The notes beneath the pieces are model-generated. The model was given only the letters and a program-made list of their open reading frames with translations. It had not been told where the DNA came from and did no database searches. 64,000 bases of DNA from an uncultured Actinomycetota bacterium. GTDB lineage: Bacteria > Actinomycetota > Thermoleophilia > RBG-16-64-13. Position numbers and translations under genes: made by a program. Below are positions 20,087-31,410 of this stretch, piece after piece. Position 1 is the stretch's first letter. Each line of letters starts with the position of its first letter. The stretch covers positions 71,442 through 135,441 of the forward strand of contig CAWJKE010000010.1 in the NCBI GenBank assembly GCA_963843455.1. Reading direction: 5' to 3'.

Positions 20087-21829
20087 TCATACCGTGGGGT
20101 ATCCGGGCGGCGCAGGCTGCGGCCGCCCCGGCCCGGGCATGATCGGCGTGCTCGCGTGCTTCTCGCCCTTCTCCCACTCCTCGGGGATCCAGTTGTACTG
20201 GCGGTCGCCGATGTAGTTGGGGTCGTAGCGCTCGCGGATCTTGCGCTGGAATGTGAACGCCCACGGCTGTTTGGCCTTGGCCCACTTGTCGAAGGCCTGC
20301 TCGTCGGTGTAGCGCATCTCTATGTAGAGACCTTCTTTGCCGGGCGGGTAGTTGATGGTCTTGGCGTCCTCGACGGCGTCGTCCATGTGGTACCAGGCGG
20401 CCGCGCAGGAATCGTGGTCGTTGCCATCGTAGGACACGAACTGTTCCAGGCCCATCACCCCGCCGCCGGGATAGGCGCCGACGGTGCCCATCATCGAGTC
20501 GCCGCCGGCCTGCACCAGGAGGCCGTTCGCGTAGTCGCGCTCATAGCCGGCCGCGGCCACCGGCACGTAGCCCTTGACCCAGTCGGGCGTGCCGCCCTGC
20601 ATCCAGCTGCCGATGTAGTTGCCGGAGTAGACGTAGTTGATCTCTTTGTGACCCAGCCGGTTCATGTACATGTTGGTGAACTCGGCCATGTCTTGCTCGC
20701 AGTAGCGCTCCACCTTCCAGCCGCCCACCTCTTCGAGGATCGTATCGAGGATCTTGTCCTGGAGCTCGATGTCGGCTTCGGACCGGCCGGCCATGACGAT
20801 CTGCAGAGAGATGCGCATCTCCTCCTTGAGCTCGTCCATACCCGGCTCTTCCATCATCCAGGGCAGGTCGCTCAGCTGCTTGGTGGCGTCGTTGTACATG
20901 AGCCAGAAAGTGGGAGCGAGTTCGGCGCCGGCCAGGTTGAACTGCCGATGCAGCGTGTAGCCGATCTCGTTGTCGTAGATCTTGTAGTAGAGATCGCTCC
21001 AGGCGTCCCAGTCGGCGACGGCCACCGTATAAGCCCGGAACGTCTTGTCCAGAGGCAGGCGGTAGGCAGGGACGGTCCCGGTGACGGGCCAGTCGGTGCG
21101 GCCCGGCCAGTGCGCCAGACGGACGGCGCACTTGGTGTAGACGCCCATACCTCCCCGGCTGCCGAGCATGCCGCGCATGATGCCCCGGACGCTGGGGCCG
21201 GGGCCTTCGCTGACGAACCAGCCGTCGCCGGAGCCGAGCGAGCCGCTGCGGATGATCTCGCCGCTGAGGGTGACCCATTCCATGCCCAGCACGTTCTCGG
21301 CGTTGCCGCCCATCCACATGGTGCCGGCCCCGATGCCCGAGTAGGCGCACGCGGCGGCGACCACGGAGCAAGACGACCCCGCGCCGATGATGTTGCAGCT
21401 CCAACCCCGCTTGATGGCCTCGGCGTGCAGCTGAGCGTGGATGACGTACGGCCCCACGATGGCGATGCCGTTCTTCTCGTCGATCTCGATCTCGTTCATG
21501 CGGCGCATGTCGAGCTGGACGGTGTCCTTCTCGTCGCCGTAGCGGCTGCCCTCGTCGTACATCGCGGACGCCCAGTGATACCAGCCGGTGCCGAGCGGCT
21601 TGATGCCGAACTTGTACTTGTTGCCCGCCCGGACGATGGCCTGGACCTCTTCGGTGGACGCCGGCATGACGACGGCACCTGCGCGGGGCATGTAGTGGCT
21701 GCAGTCGGGACGGACGAGCTCGGCCAGCATCTCGACGGCGTACCCGTCGAGGATGGCCGGGTCGCGCGAGACGTTGCGCTCGCCGACGATGGCCTGGAGG
21801 GCTTCGTATGCTTCTGTTGTAAGTGCCAT
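20087..21829 (-). CDS. FAD-binding oxidoreductase (GlcD/VAO-PCMH fold)
   Basis: AVVMPASTEEVQAIVR, LDMRRMNEI, NVLGMEWV, GGMGVYTK, YDPNYIG. Confidence 0.85.
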   Translation of the reverse strand: MALTTEAYEALQAIVGERNVSRDPAILDGYAVEMLAELVRPDCSHYMPRAGAVVMPASTEEVQAIVRAGNKYKFGIKPLGTGWYHWASAMYDEGSRYGDEKDTVQLDMRRMNEIEIDEKNGIAIVGPYVIHAQLHAEAIKRGWSCNIIGAGSSCSVVAAACAYSGIGAGTMWMGGNAENVLGMEWVTLSGEIIRSGSLGSGDGWFVSEGPGPSVRGIMRGMLGSRGGMGVYTKCAVRLAHWPGRTDWPVTGTVPAYRLPLDKTFRAYTVAVADWDAWSDLYYKIYDNEIGYTLHRQFNLAGAELAPTFWLMYNDATKQLSDLPWMMEEPGMDELKEEMRISLQIVMAGRSEADIELQDKILDTILEEVGGWKVERYCEQDMAEFTNMYMNRLGHKEINYVYSGNYIGSWMQGGTPDWVKGYVPVAAAGYERDYANGLLVQAGGDSMMGTVGAYPGGGVMGLEQFVSYDGNDHDSCAAAWYHMDDAVEDAKTINYPPGKEGLYIEMRYTDEQAFDKWAKAKQPWAFTFQRKIRERYDPNYIGDRQYNWIPEEWEKGEKHASTPIMPGPGRPQPAPPGYPTV

Positions 21830-21841
21830 GGTCCCTCCTTT

Positions 21842-23150
21842 CTAGAGAGCCTGCTCGACCAGCTCGAGCACGTCGATGGCCTTCATGGTGGTGCCGTCGC
21901 TCGCCGCTGCGCTGCCGAGGATGCGGTTGCAGCTCGAGCACGCCGTGGCGATGGCTTCGGCTCCGGTGGTCTTGGCTTCGTCCAGCCTCTTGGAGGCCGT
22001 GAAGTCCGCGAAGTCCGGATAGGCCTGCGGGGCGGCTCCGCCGCCGCCGCAGCACCAGGCCGCCTCCTTGGTGCGCTCCATCTCCACCAACTCCAGCCCG
22101 GGGATGGCCTTGAGCACGTCGCGCGGCGGCTCGTACACGCCGAAGGCGCCGTTATAGCGGGGCCGCGGCGGGTCGTAGACCACCGCCTGGCCGAAGATCT
22201 TGGTCTCCTTGCCGTTCCAGGGCACGTGGTCCTCGCCCTGGCGGCCGAGGTGGCAGGGGTCGTGGTAGGTGACCTTCATCGGCACCGGCTTGGTGAGCCG
22301 GAGCCTGCCTTCCTTGATGAGCCTGTCGGCCACCTGGGTGGTGTGCAGCACTTCGATGCCGTAGTCGTCGCCGGCGACTTCGGGATAGAGCCGCTTGAAC
22401 GTCCAGAAGCAGGTGGCGCAGGGGGTGACGATGGTCTTGACGCCCGCCGCCGCCCATTTCTTGAGGTTGGCTTCGGCGGCCGTGCCGAAATCGTCGCGGT
22501 AGCCCATGTCGTAGGCCTTGCCGCCGCAGCAGCCCTCATCGCCGTCGATGGCGAAGTCGAGGCCACCCTTGGTGAGGACCCGGGCGGCCGCTTGGACGGC
22601 GCCGCGGAGGACAGGATTGAACGAGTAGAGGCAGCCGGCGTGGAACAGGACTTCCGCCTTGTCGACGGTCCCGGGTCCCGCGGCCGCGCCCGGGGCGGCC
22701 AGCTTCTTCAGGCCCAGACCGTCGGCCCAATCGTTCCGTCTTGGCCTGCGGAGCGCCGGCCATGTTGCCGGTCTCGCGCAGCTTGGCGATGACCCCCGGA
22801 TAGGCCGGAGGAACGACGCCTTTCTGATTCAGGTAGTGCCGGAACTCCCGCGCGCCGTCGAGGATCCACATGTCGTAGCGGCAGACCTTGCAGCTGACGT
22901 CGCAGCTGCCGCACAGCGTGCATTCGTAGACGACGTCCACCAGCTCGTCGCTGATCTCGCTGCGGCCGTCGACAAGGGACATCAGGGCGACCATGCGGCC
23001 CCCGCCCGAGTAGGCGTGGAAGTGGCGGTAGTCGACACTGGGGCATCCCTTTGCGAACTCCCAGCTCTTGATGCGGTCCTGCGGGATCCACTTGCAATAC
23101 GAGCAGCGGTTACACCGCATCGCGACCGGTCGATAATCTTCAAGTGCCAT
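21842..23150 (-). CDS. GlpC/HdrD-like Fe-S protein with two CCG domains (frameshift ~22740)
   Basis: CNRCSYC and CTLCGSCDVSC; after the shift FHAGCLY, EGCCGG, TPCATC, TYHDPCHLGR, WCCGGGG, TACSSC. Confidence 0.85.
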
Positions 23151-23165
23151 GGTGGCTACTCCTCT

Positions 23166-24654
23166 TTAGAAGCAGAGCTTGCTGGGGTTCAGCACGTTAT
23201 TGGGATCCACAATCTTCTTGACCGTGCGCAATGCGTCGCGGCCGGCCGCGTCCCGGTTGTAGACCGGGTCGGCCCACTCACCGTAGGGCCGGGAGAAGTA
23301 GGCGCCGTCGTTGATGAGCTGCTTGCTGGCGGCGGTGAAGAGGGCGCGGACGTTGTCGGCTTCCCGCTTGTCATCCGGAGCGAAGGGAAGGCTGAACTCC
23401 ATGTGATACGCCACGCCCTGATGCTGCGGCTGCAGGTAGACGCCCACGTCCGCCGCCGGGTACTTGTGCGCGGCAGCCGCATCGAGCATGGTGGCCAGGT
23501 ACCCTGACGCCTTGTCGAGCGGCGTGTGGAAGAAGATGTCGCGGACTGCGCCCTTCGGAGCGGAGCTTCCAGTGAGCGGCGCCGTCGGCCGCCGCCCCGG
23601 CATCGTACAGCCCGTAGACCGCCGCCGCGACCCGGGAGGTCGCCAGCCCGGGGACGGCGGAGAGGAACTTGCCGTGGGCGGCTACCGCCTCGGCGATGTC
23701 CTTCTCGGCAACCGCCATGCGCTCCTCTGGGAAGAGAGCCCGGCCGCCGATACCCATGACCAGCGTCCAGGCAGGCAGGACGTCGCGCAGCGCGGCCACG
23801 TCGGCCGCGTCGGCGCCGACCAGAGCGGCCAGATAGGCTCCGTTCACGATGAACAACTCATCGGCCACCCGGAGGCGGGCGAGCCGGTAGGTGAGGTCCA
23901 CGAGGTCGTCGAGCGTGGCGGCTGTGACGAAGAGCAGCTTCTTGGGATCGGCCAGGAGTTCGCACTTGACCGACGCCCAGGTGACAATGCCGAAGGTACC
24001 CTGCGCGCCGGTGAGCAGGCGGTAGTAATCGGTCTGTAGCGGCCCCTTCGGATCCACCTGGCGGCCGCCGCCCGCCCACTGTCCCTCCAGGTCTGCCGGA
24101 CCCATGCCGGATTCACCAGTGAAGAACCGGGTTCCGTCGCCCCAGATGACCCCGCAGTTGCGGAGCGGCTCGGGCAACGAGTAGTTGTAGCGGGTGACGA
24201 GAGTGGGCTGCCGCTCGAGCAGGCTGGCGACGACCGACTTGTTGGCCCGCGGGTAGAGGGGCGGCGTCACGCGCATGCCTTCTTTGGCCAACTCGGGCTG
24301 CAGTTGCGCGTAGGTGACGCCGGGCTCGATGACCACCATGCGGTTGCGGCGGTCGATCCGGAGGATCTTCTTCATCCGGCTGAGGTCGACCATGACGGCG
24401 CCGGGCACGCTCGGGACCGTGTCGCCGTGGAAATGGGGCGCGCCCGAGCTCACCGGGATGAGCGGCGTGCCGGTCTGATTCGCCCAGGCGATCAGAGCCT
24501 GCACCTCGGCTTCGCTGCCGGGCCTGACTACCAGTTTGGGCTTCATGGGAAGGACGAAACTTTCGTCCCGTGCGTATGACTCGAGGATCGCCGGGTCGTC
24601 GAGGACGTGGCCGTCCCCAAGGAGACCGATAAGGTCCTGTTTCATCTCTTCCAC
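23166..24654 (-). CDS. FAD-binding oxidoreductase (GlcD-like; frameshift ~23565)
   Basis: VVRPGSEAEVQ, VDLSRMKKI, IEPGVT, GAQGTFGIVT; C-terminal FSRPYG...VKKIVDPNNVLNP in the second frame. Confidence 0.85.
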
Positions 24655-24875
24655 GTTTTGGACCGCCTTTCGGTATTCACCTCGCGAAAGCGAGCGGCAT
24701 ACTGTCATCCCTGGAAGGATCAAGGGTAATGCCACTATAGCCTTAGAGGATGGCAAAGTCGCCGCTCTCCGAGCACTTTGCATCAGGCGAAGATGCTATT
24801 ACGCCCACGCATGAATCCGACAAGCCCGGGCGCGGCGCCCAGAGGATCGGAAGACGGCGCGGGACCGGGACTAGG

Positions 24876-25973
24876 TCAAGGCATCAGCAGGACGGGCTTG
24901 ATGGCTCGTCCTTCTTCGGCGGCCAGCACGGCCTCGTTGATGTCGGCGAGGTCGAAGGTGGTGACCAGTTTGTCCACGGGGTAGCGTCCCTGCTTGTACC
25001 ACTCGATCAGCTTGGGCAGGAAGACCCGAGCGACGACCGAGCCGGCCATGATGAACTGGACACGGATGCCTTTGGACAGCAGAGCGTGCGGCCCTCCGCC
25101 AAGAGTCTCGGCCTCCGGCGCCGCCACCACTCCGAAAGTGCCCCCATTGCGCAGGACGCTGGCGGCAGTGACCCAGGAACTGACTGCACCCGAGCTGTCG
25201 AGGGCTTTTGAGACCCCGTGGGGAGCGATCTCCTTGATGCGAGCGACGACGTCGTCCGTCTTGGCGTTCACGGTATGAGTAGCCCCGAGTTCCAGGGCCA
25301 ACTCCAGGCGCCGGGGATTACGCGCGACCGCGATGATCGGATAGGCGCCGGCAAGGCGAGCGGCCATGATGGCGTTCTGGCCCACCCCTCCCACTCCAAG
25401 CACGAGCAGTTCGTCTAGAGGCCCGACCTCCAGGGCGCTCAGCACCGACCCGGCCCCGGTCATGGCACCGCAGGGTAGGGCAGCCATTATCTCCCAGGGG
25501 ATCTCTTCGTCCTCCACCTTGACCAGCGACGACTCGGGTACCAGAGCGTACGTAGCGAATGACGACTGCTGGAAGTAGCAGGACGAGATGGACTCCCCTT
25601 TGAGCCGCACGGGCCTCGAGCCGTCGAGGCGACAGCCGCTGAAGAGCAGCGGGAACTGAACCTCGCAGATGTACCGCTTGCCGCTGAGGCAGTTGGGGCA
25701 GACGCCGCACGACGGCCAGGAAATGATCACGCGGTCGCCGGGCTTGACGTAGCCGCAACCCGGGCCGACCTCCTCGACGATACCGGCGCCCTCGTGGCCG
25801 ACCACCGCGGGCATGGGCAACAGGAACTGCATGTTCAGGTCGGTATGGCAGAGACCGGCTGCCTTGATACGGACATAGACCTCGCCGGCTCGGAGATCCT
25901 CTATCTCGACGTCCTCTATGGTGAACTTGCCCCCAGCCTCGTGGACAACGGCCGCTGTCGCCATCTTGCTCAT
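24876..25973 (-). CDS. Zn-dependent (aryl-)alcohol dehydrogenase
   Basis: GLCHTD, GHEGAG, CGVCPNC...C, QSSFATYA, LPCG, GVGGVG. Confidence 0.9.
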   Translation of the reverse strand: MSKMATAAVVHEAGGKFTIEDVEIEDLRAGEVYVRIKAAGLCHTDLNMQFLLPMPAVVGHEGAGIVEEVGPGCGYVKPGDRVIISWPSCGVCPNCLSGKRYICEVQFPLLFSGCRLDGSRPVRLKGESISSCYFQQSSFATYALVPESSLVKVEDEEIPWEIMAALPCGAMTGAGSVLSALEVGPLDELLVLGVGGVGQNAIMAARLAGAYPIIAVARNPRRLELALELGATHTVNAKTDDVVARIKEIAPHGVSKALDSSGAVSSWVTAASVLRNGGTFGVVAAPEAETLGGGPHALLSKGIRVQFIMAGSVVARVFLPKLIEWYKQGRYPVDKLVTTFDLADINEAVLAAEEGRAIKPVLLMP

Positions 25974-26004
25974 CAGAATCCTCCGATCATCTCGTTGATC
26001 ATGC

Positions 26005-26286
26005 CTATCCTCCGGCCAGGGGAGGGAACACAAGGACCTCTTCGCCCTCCTTCAGAGGCGCGGATAGGTCGACTCCTCCGACTGCCCTTCCTCGCGAGAC
26101 GATGACCTGCGGTGAGAACCGGCCCCTGCTATCGTCCCACGCCCAGCCATCCAGCTTCTCTCTCATGAGCGGGGCGACAGCCTCCATCAGATCGTCAAAG
26201 CTCGACCCCTCCGGTAACTCGACGTCGAGGCTCTTCTGTCCGACCTTGTCCCGGATGATGCCCAAGAAGGTCATCGTAACGCGCAT
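26005..26286 (-). CDS. MoaD/ThiS-family sulfur carrier
   Basis: Beta-grasp size; LKEGEEVLVFPPLAGG with C-terminal GG. Confidence 0.85.
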   Translation of the reverse strand: MRVTMTFLGIIRDKVGQKSLDVELPEGSSFDDLMEAVAPLMREKLDGWAWDDSRGRFSPQVIVSRGRAVGGVDLSAPLKEGEEVLVFPPLAGG

Positions 26287-26448
26287 GTCTGCCTCTTCAG
26301 TGGCGCCTGTCGTGCGGTCGGCGCGGCCCTAGGACTCGCCCACGATTCTATCGCAGCCGCGTCACCGACGGGCCGCGCGGTCCACAATACTCCCCCCCGC
26401 GCGCCAGCAGGCCGCTCGACGCCCTCTTTGCATCAGACCTCCCTGCCA

Positions 26449-27274
26449 TTACGTGCCGTTATTGAGCGGTCCACCTCCGTCCGCGAGACGGTCGTCGCGC
26501 GCTATCAAAGCGACACCCAGCGCGGCCGGCATCTGCGGGTCTGTCGAGGACGAACACCTCCTGTTGGAGCTGATCCTCGAAGGCACGCTTGGCGGCCGTG
26601 TTCAAGGCGATCCCGCCGCTGAGCACGATCGGCTCCCGGTACTCGATCCTGGCCTGCCGACCGATGGAGACGACCCGTTTGGCCATCGACTCGAGGATCC
26701 CCATGGCGATATCTTCCGGCGGCGTGCCCGCGGACAGATGGGAGATGATCTCCGACTCGGCAAAGACTGTGCAGACACTGCTCAGGAAGACCGGGTTCGT
26801 CGACCTCAGGGCCAGCGGCCCGAGCTCTTCCATGGGCACGCTCAACAAACGCCGGCTGAGCACCTCGAAGAAGCGGCCCGTGCCCGCGGCACAGCGGTCG
26901 TTCATCTCGAACATCTGCACCGTGCCGTAGTCGCCCATCGCGATGATCTTGCTGTCCTGGCCGCCGACGTCGATGATGGTCTGCACTCCCGGATGAAGAT
27001 GCTCGGTGCCGCGCGCGTGGCAAACGATCTCGGGAAGCACCTTCTCCGTGCGCTTGAACGAGCGGCGCCCATAGCCTGTGGAGGCGACCAAGGCGAGGTC
27101 GGCGTCTGTCTTGCCGGCAGCGTCGAGAGCGAGGGCGAGCGCCGCTTCGCCACTCTGGTCGCGGTCGTGCTGGGTGTCGATGATCGAGTAGGCAAGGACT
27201 GCGCCGGCACCGTCGATCAATACGGCCTTGGTGGTCGTCGAGCCGATGTCGACCCCCGCAATCAGCTCCGGCAC
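26449..27274 (-). CDS. Acyl-CoA dehydratase activase (HgdC/FldI/BadF-type ATPase; frameshift near 26535)
   Basis: GVDIGSTTTK, STGYGR, EIVCHARG, DVGGQDSK, MNDRCAAGTGRF, CTVFAESE, SGGIALN; AALGVAL after the shift. Confidence 0.9.
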
Positions 27275-28701
27275 GCGGCCCCCTTCGCCGCCTTCCGCAT
27301 CTTGATCACCTGGCTGATGCTCTCGATGCGGGTGCGGAGCGCTTCCTGGCTGTAGTCGCGGTCGTCGAAGAAGTCGGCCTCGATGTAGAAGGTGGGGACG
27401 CCGGTGGCCTTCTCCACCTCGCGAGCGCCCATCTTGTGCATCTGGCCGAGCCATCGGTCGTAGTCGAAGAAGCCCATGAGAAGCGCATCGGGCGGGGCTC
27501 GCCTGACCTTCTCGATCCAGGTGTTGATCTCTACGTGGCAGCCCATACCAAACACCATCCGCAGCCACTGTTCGGCGATGTTCTGGTAGAGATCCGTCCC
27601 GCTCGGCGGGATCAACTGCTTGGCCGAGGGGATCATCGTCAGGCTGGAGGAGGTGGCAACGCCGTTCTCCATGAAGATCTTGTCGACCCAGGGCACGGCG
27701 TACGGGATGAAGTAGGCACCGACCTTGGGAGCCCCCTTGGGGTAGATGCCTCTGCCGGCCGCCACTTCCACTTTGACTTCCTCGATCATGGTGTCGAGGG
27801 CGTCTTCCATGTACTCGATGCCGGTGTTGAATGGCATGGAGAAGGGGTGGCAGAAGTTGACCAGCGCCGAGCCGCGCAACGGCTGCGGGTCGGCCTCCGC
27901 GTTCAACCTCGTCAGCACGTCGGTCTTGCCCAGATACCGCTGAAAGTCGTCCAGCGCCGCGACTATGTGCTCGTCGCGGACCTGTACTCCCGTGACCCGC
28001 TGAACCTCTTCGTAGGCGTCCTTGAAGGCCGCGGCCAGATAGGCGACGCGCTCCGGTATCTCATCGTCGACCTCGCCCATGCAGGTGTCGTGCGGCAGAC
28101 GGGTAATGACCGCGAACCAGTTCTCGTCGTAGATGCAGTTGATGTACTCGTCGACCTTGGTGGCCTCGTCGCAGACCAGACCGAACGACCACTGGATGTC
28201 GGGCGCGGGGACCACGTCCCGCAGCCGCAGCCCAATTCTGAGCTTGTTGAGGGCGCAATGGCGGCACCCGTAGGTGAGGCCCGACTGCTCCGCCAGTTCG
28301 AAGAGTGGCGCGCCCTTGTGGAAGAGCGGTTGCAGGAAGTTCATCAGGCACATATCAGGGAAGCTGACGAAGACCTTGTCGCCCCCAGCCTTCTTGACCG
28401 CTTGATAGGGCGTGAGGATGGCCGGGATGATGCCATAGACCAGTTTGACCCCGCGCTGTCGGTGCTCTTTGAGCTGGGTGTGATCGACCGCTTCGCGGGT
28501 CATCGCCCCGATCATCTTGCGGATGCCCAGGTACTGGAGGTCCCACATCTCGGGGATGAACTCCTTGACCGCGTACACCATATCGTTCTCGGTGAGCCCG
28601 AGGCGGCCCGCTGCTTCGATCCACTGAGGCAGCATGCGTCGGCGTTCGTCACCCTCGAAGTTGCCGAGCTCCAGGAATTCTTCATAAGCGGTGCCGGCCA
28701 T
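27262..28701 (-). CDS. 2-hydroxyacyl-CoA dehydratase (HgdA/B, FldB/C) family subunit, long form
   Basis: AEQSGLTYGCRHC, GLVCDEATK, TGVPTFYIEADFFDDRDYSQEALRTRIES. Confidence 0.8.
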   Translation of the reverse strand: MAGTAYEEFLELGNFEGDERRRMLPQWIEAAGRLGLTENDMVYAVKEFIPEMWDLQYLGIRKMIGAMTREAVDHTQLKEHRQRGVKLVYGIIPAILTPYQAVKKAGGDKVFVSFPDMCLMNFLQPLFHKGAPLFELAEQSGLTYGCRHCALNKLRIGLRLRDVVPAPDIQWSFGLVCDEATKVDEYINCIYDENWFAVITRLPHDTCMGEVDDEIPERVAYLAAAFKDAYEEVQRVTGVQVRDEHIVAALDDFQRYLGKTDVLTRLNAEADPQPLRGSALVNFCHPFSMPFNTGIEYMEDALDTMIEEVKVEVAAGRGIYPKGAPKVGAYFIPYAVPWVDKIFMENGVATSSSLTMIPSAKQLIPPSGTDLYQNIAEQWLRMVFGMGCHVEINTWIEKVRRAPPDALLMGFFDYDRWLGQMHKMGAREVEKATGVPTFYIEADFFDDRDYSQEALRTRIESISQVIKMRKAAKGAACRS

Positions 28702-28703
28702 GG

Positions 28704-29849
28704 CTACCTACCTCTCCGGAGGCTCTCGACGAAGCTCTCGATCTTGGTGTTCAGGGGCCCCGTCGCCTCCCGCGAGTACTCGTAGGAGGTCTCGAGCTTG
28801 AGGAGAGGCACCTTGAGCTCGCGCAGCCACTTGGTGATGACGGTGCATTCCATGTCGTAGATCTCGTCGTAGGCTAACTGGTACCAGACCACGCCATCGA
28901 TGCGGTAGTCGTCGATGAGGGTCTTCATATGGTCAAAGCGCATCCGCCAGGCGGGCTGGAAGATGTTCACCGGGACCTTGTCGAGATACTTGGCGCGCCA
29001 GAGATTCCGCAGAGGATCGCCATCGACGGCGGTGTCCCACCGATACCAGCGAAGCCCTTCGTCCATCATCTCGGTGGCGATCAGCGCGCCGGCGTCCTCC
29101 AGGTTCTTCACCACCAGATAGTCGCCGACGGCCACAGCGTGGCCCGCGAGGAGGATCCGCGGCACCTTCTTGGCGAACTTGCCCTCGGCGGCCTCCAACG
29201 TGTCGGCGATCCCGGTCAGTTGCTCAATGGCGACCGGCGGATCCGTGAAGAAAGAGTAGTGGTTCAGGTGGATGAAGTCGTATCCGCCCAGGGGCGGAGA
29301 ATCGCGCTTCCTCAGAGCGTCGATCCTGCGGAGAAGCGCGTGAATCTCGTTGGTGTAGCCGATGTACTCGCGCACCCTGTCGTCGTTCAGGGGGTTGCCC
29401 GTCAGTTCCTCGAGCCTGGCTTTGAGTTGCTCGAGCTCACTGAAGTAGTACTCGCCGGCGTAAGGCCGGTCCCAGTTCTGGGGGACGCCCACCTTGAACA
29501 CCGGGAGCCCCTGCAACTCCAGATACTCCGCCATCCTTTGGACGTGGCATTCGGGCTGGCTGGCCACGATAAGATCGGCCAGAGGCATGACCGGATCGAG
29601 GCCCATGATGTGAAAGCCCGCGATCGACCGGGCCAGCGGGTTGAGAAACCGGAGCATGTCGTCCAGCACCGCCTCGGGCGGTTCCGGCTCGCCTCCCCGG
29701 CAGATCAGATACGGTTCGACGCCCGCGGCATAGAGCAACTCTTCCGGCACGAAGTGGCCGATGTACGGGACGATCTTCTTGCCGTCCGCCTTACGCTTGC
29801 GAAGCCCAGCGGGCCTGTCGGTGGCCAGTTGGGCGAACTCTCTCATCAC
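28704..29849 (-). CDS. 2-hydroxyacyl-CoA dehydratase family subunit
   Basis: FVPEELLYAAG, LEELTG, PRILLAG, IDGVVWY, VPLLKLETSY, NTKIESFVE. Confidence 0.85.
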   Translation of the reverse strand: MMREFAQLATDRPAGLRKRKADGKKIVPYIGHFVPEELLYAAGVEPYLICRGGEPEPPEAVLDDMLRFLNPLARSIAGFHIMGLDPVMPLADLIVASQPECHVQRMAEYLELQGLPVFKVGVPQNWDRPYAGEYYFSELEQLKARLEELTGNPLNDDRVREYIGYTNEIHALLRRIDALRKRDSPPLGGYDFIHLNHYSFFTDPPVAIEQLTGIADTLEAAEGKFAKKVPRILLAGHAVAVGDYLVVKNLEDAGALIATEMMDEGLRWYRWDTAVDGDPLRNLWRAKYLDKVPVNIFQPAWRMRFDHMKTLIDDYRIDGVVWYQLAYDEIYDMECTVITKWLRELKVPLLKLETSYEYSREATGPLNTKIESFVESLRRGR

Positions 29850-31269
29850 GTCTTCCGCCCCAGATACTCGAGGGCGCTCTCCCCGGCCATCCGGCCGGTG
29901 TTAACTGCAAAGCTCAGCGAGCCGCCGGTGGTCGAGACCTCATACGTGTCGCCGAGGATCCCCCCGGCGCGAGCACCCCGCCGCGTACAGACCGGGGATC
30001 ACCGTGCGGTCTTCCTTCATGACCTCCGTCTTGTGATTGATCCTGATGCCCCCGTTGGTCATGAAGGCGGCGAGTCCGAGCTTGACCGCGTAGAACGGGG
30101 GCTTCTTGATGGGATCCAGGTATTCCCTTCCCTTGCCAAAGAGCGAGTCGTAGTTGCCGTCGCAGCACTCGTTGTACTCGCCGACCGTGTCGCGGAACGT
30201 GGTCGCGCCGACCCCTATCCGGGCGGCCAATTCGTCCAGGGATCCGCCCCTGAACACCTTGCCGGCATGCATCCCCCGCGCCAACTCTTCGTCCAGATCC
30301 GGCAGGTTCTTCAAGATGTCGTAGAACTCGCCCAGCACGTAGAGAACGCCCTTGTCCTTCATGTGGACCCGAGTGTCGTCGTCGAAGATGCACCACGCTG
30401 CCGCCCCCGGCTGCCGGGCAAGGGCGTTGCCTGCCATGGGGAACTTCCAGCAGATGGACTCGTTGACGAATCGCTCACCCAGCGTGTTGACCCACAGGCG
30501 GGGCTGAAAGCCGGCAGTGAGGAGCTGGGAGGTGAGCTCTTCCTCGGGGACCAGGACTATGGTCTGCATCACGCCCATGTCGTAGGGCTCGGCGCCAGCG
30601 TCCCATGCCATCTTGATGCCCGCTCCCACCTGCCGCGCCGGCACGACCGGCCTGGTGAAGCCCGACTTGCAGTACTTATCCACCCACTCCCGATTGTCCT
30701 GATAGCCACCGGAGGCGATTATCACCGCTCCGGATTTGGCTCGGATGGTATTGCCCTCCTCGTCTTCCGCGATCACGCCCGCCACCCGGCCGCCATCCAT
30801 CAGCAGACTCTTGGCCTCAGTCTCGAACAGGATCTCGATGCTGTCCTGCTTCTTCGCCTTCTTGTAGAGGGGTTTGATCAACCCCTCCTTGCCGAAGCCC
30901 TCCATCTGGTGCCAGACCCGCTCGGTGAACGGAGATATCGTGAAAAGGCCACTGAACTCCGCACCCTGCTCCTCGAGCCAGTCGATGGTTCCGGCGGTCC
31001 TCTCCATGAAGGTCCTCACCAGCCTCGGGTTCGCCAGCCAGTGGGTCTCTTCCATGTGGATGTTGAAGGCCTCCTCGACGGTGAGGCCGACCTTGTGCTT
31101 CTTCTGGTACCGGCTGCCGACTGCGAACATCCCCTCGGCGTAGTTAGTCATGCCACCGGGCTCGGATTCCTGCTCGAATACCAAGACCGAGGCTCCCGCC
31201 ATAACTCAACGTCAGAGCTGCGCAGAGTCCCGAAGCGCCACTGCCGATGATCACTACGTCCGCTTCCAC
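29846..31269 (-). CDS. FAD_binding_2 (flavocytochrome c/fumarate-reductase-like) flavoprotein; frameshifts ~31195 and ~29975
   Basis: Hand-read N-terminus VEADVVIIGSGASGLCAAL; VIIASGGY, VNTLGERFVNE, KPPFYAV, TNGGIRIN, IPGLYAAG; GGSLSFAVNTGRMAG in the shifted frame. Confidence 0.85.
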
Positions 31270-31410
31270 GCCCCTTTCCTGATCCACGGCGGTTCTCCCT
31301 TGTAGTCAGTGATTCCGTCTACACCTTGTACACCCGGCAGCGACGCCCCGCAAGGCCGCCACCCGCAAGCCTGGCGCTTATGGGGGACGTCCATTACAAT
31401 CTGTCATGAT

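Noticed and set aside
20156-22792. Long plus-strand ORFs (878 aa here; also 10305..12509, 28929..31250, 14113..15648)
   Set aside because: Antisense shadows of real minus-strand genes in high-GC DNA, with no motifs.
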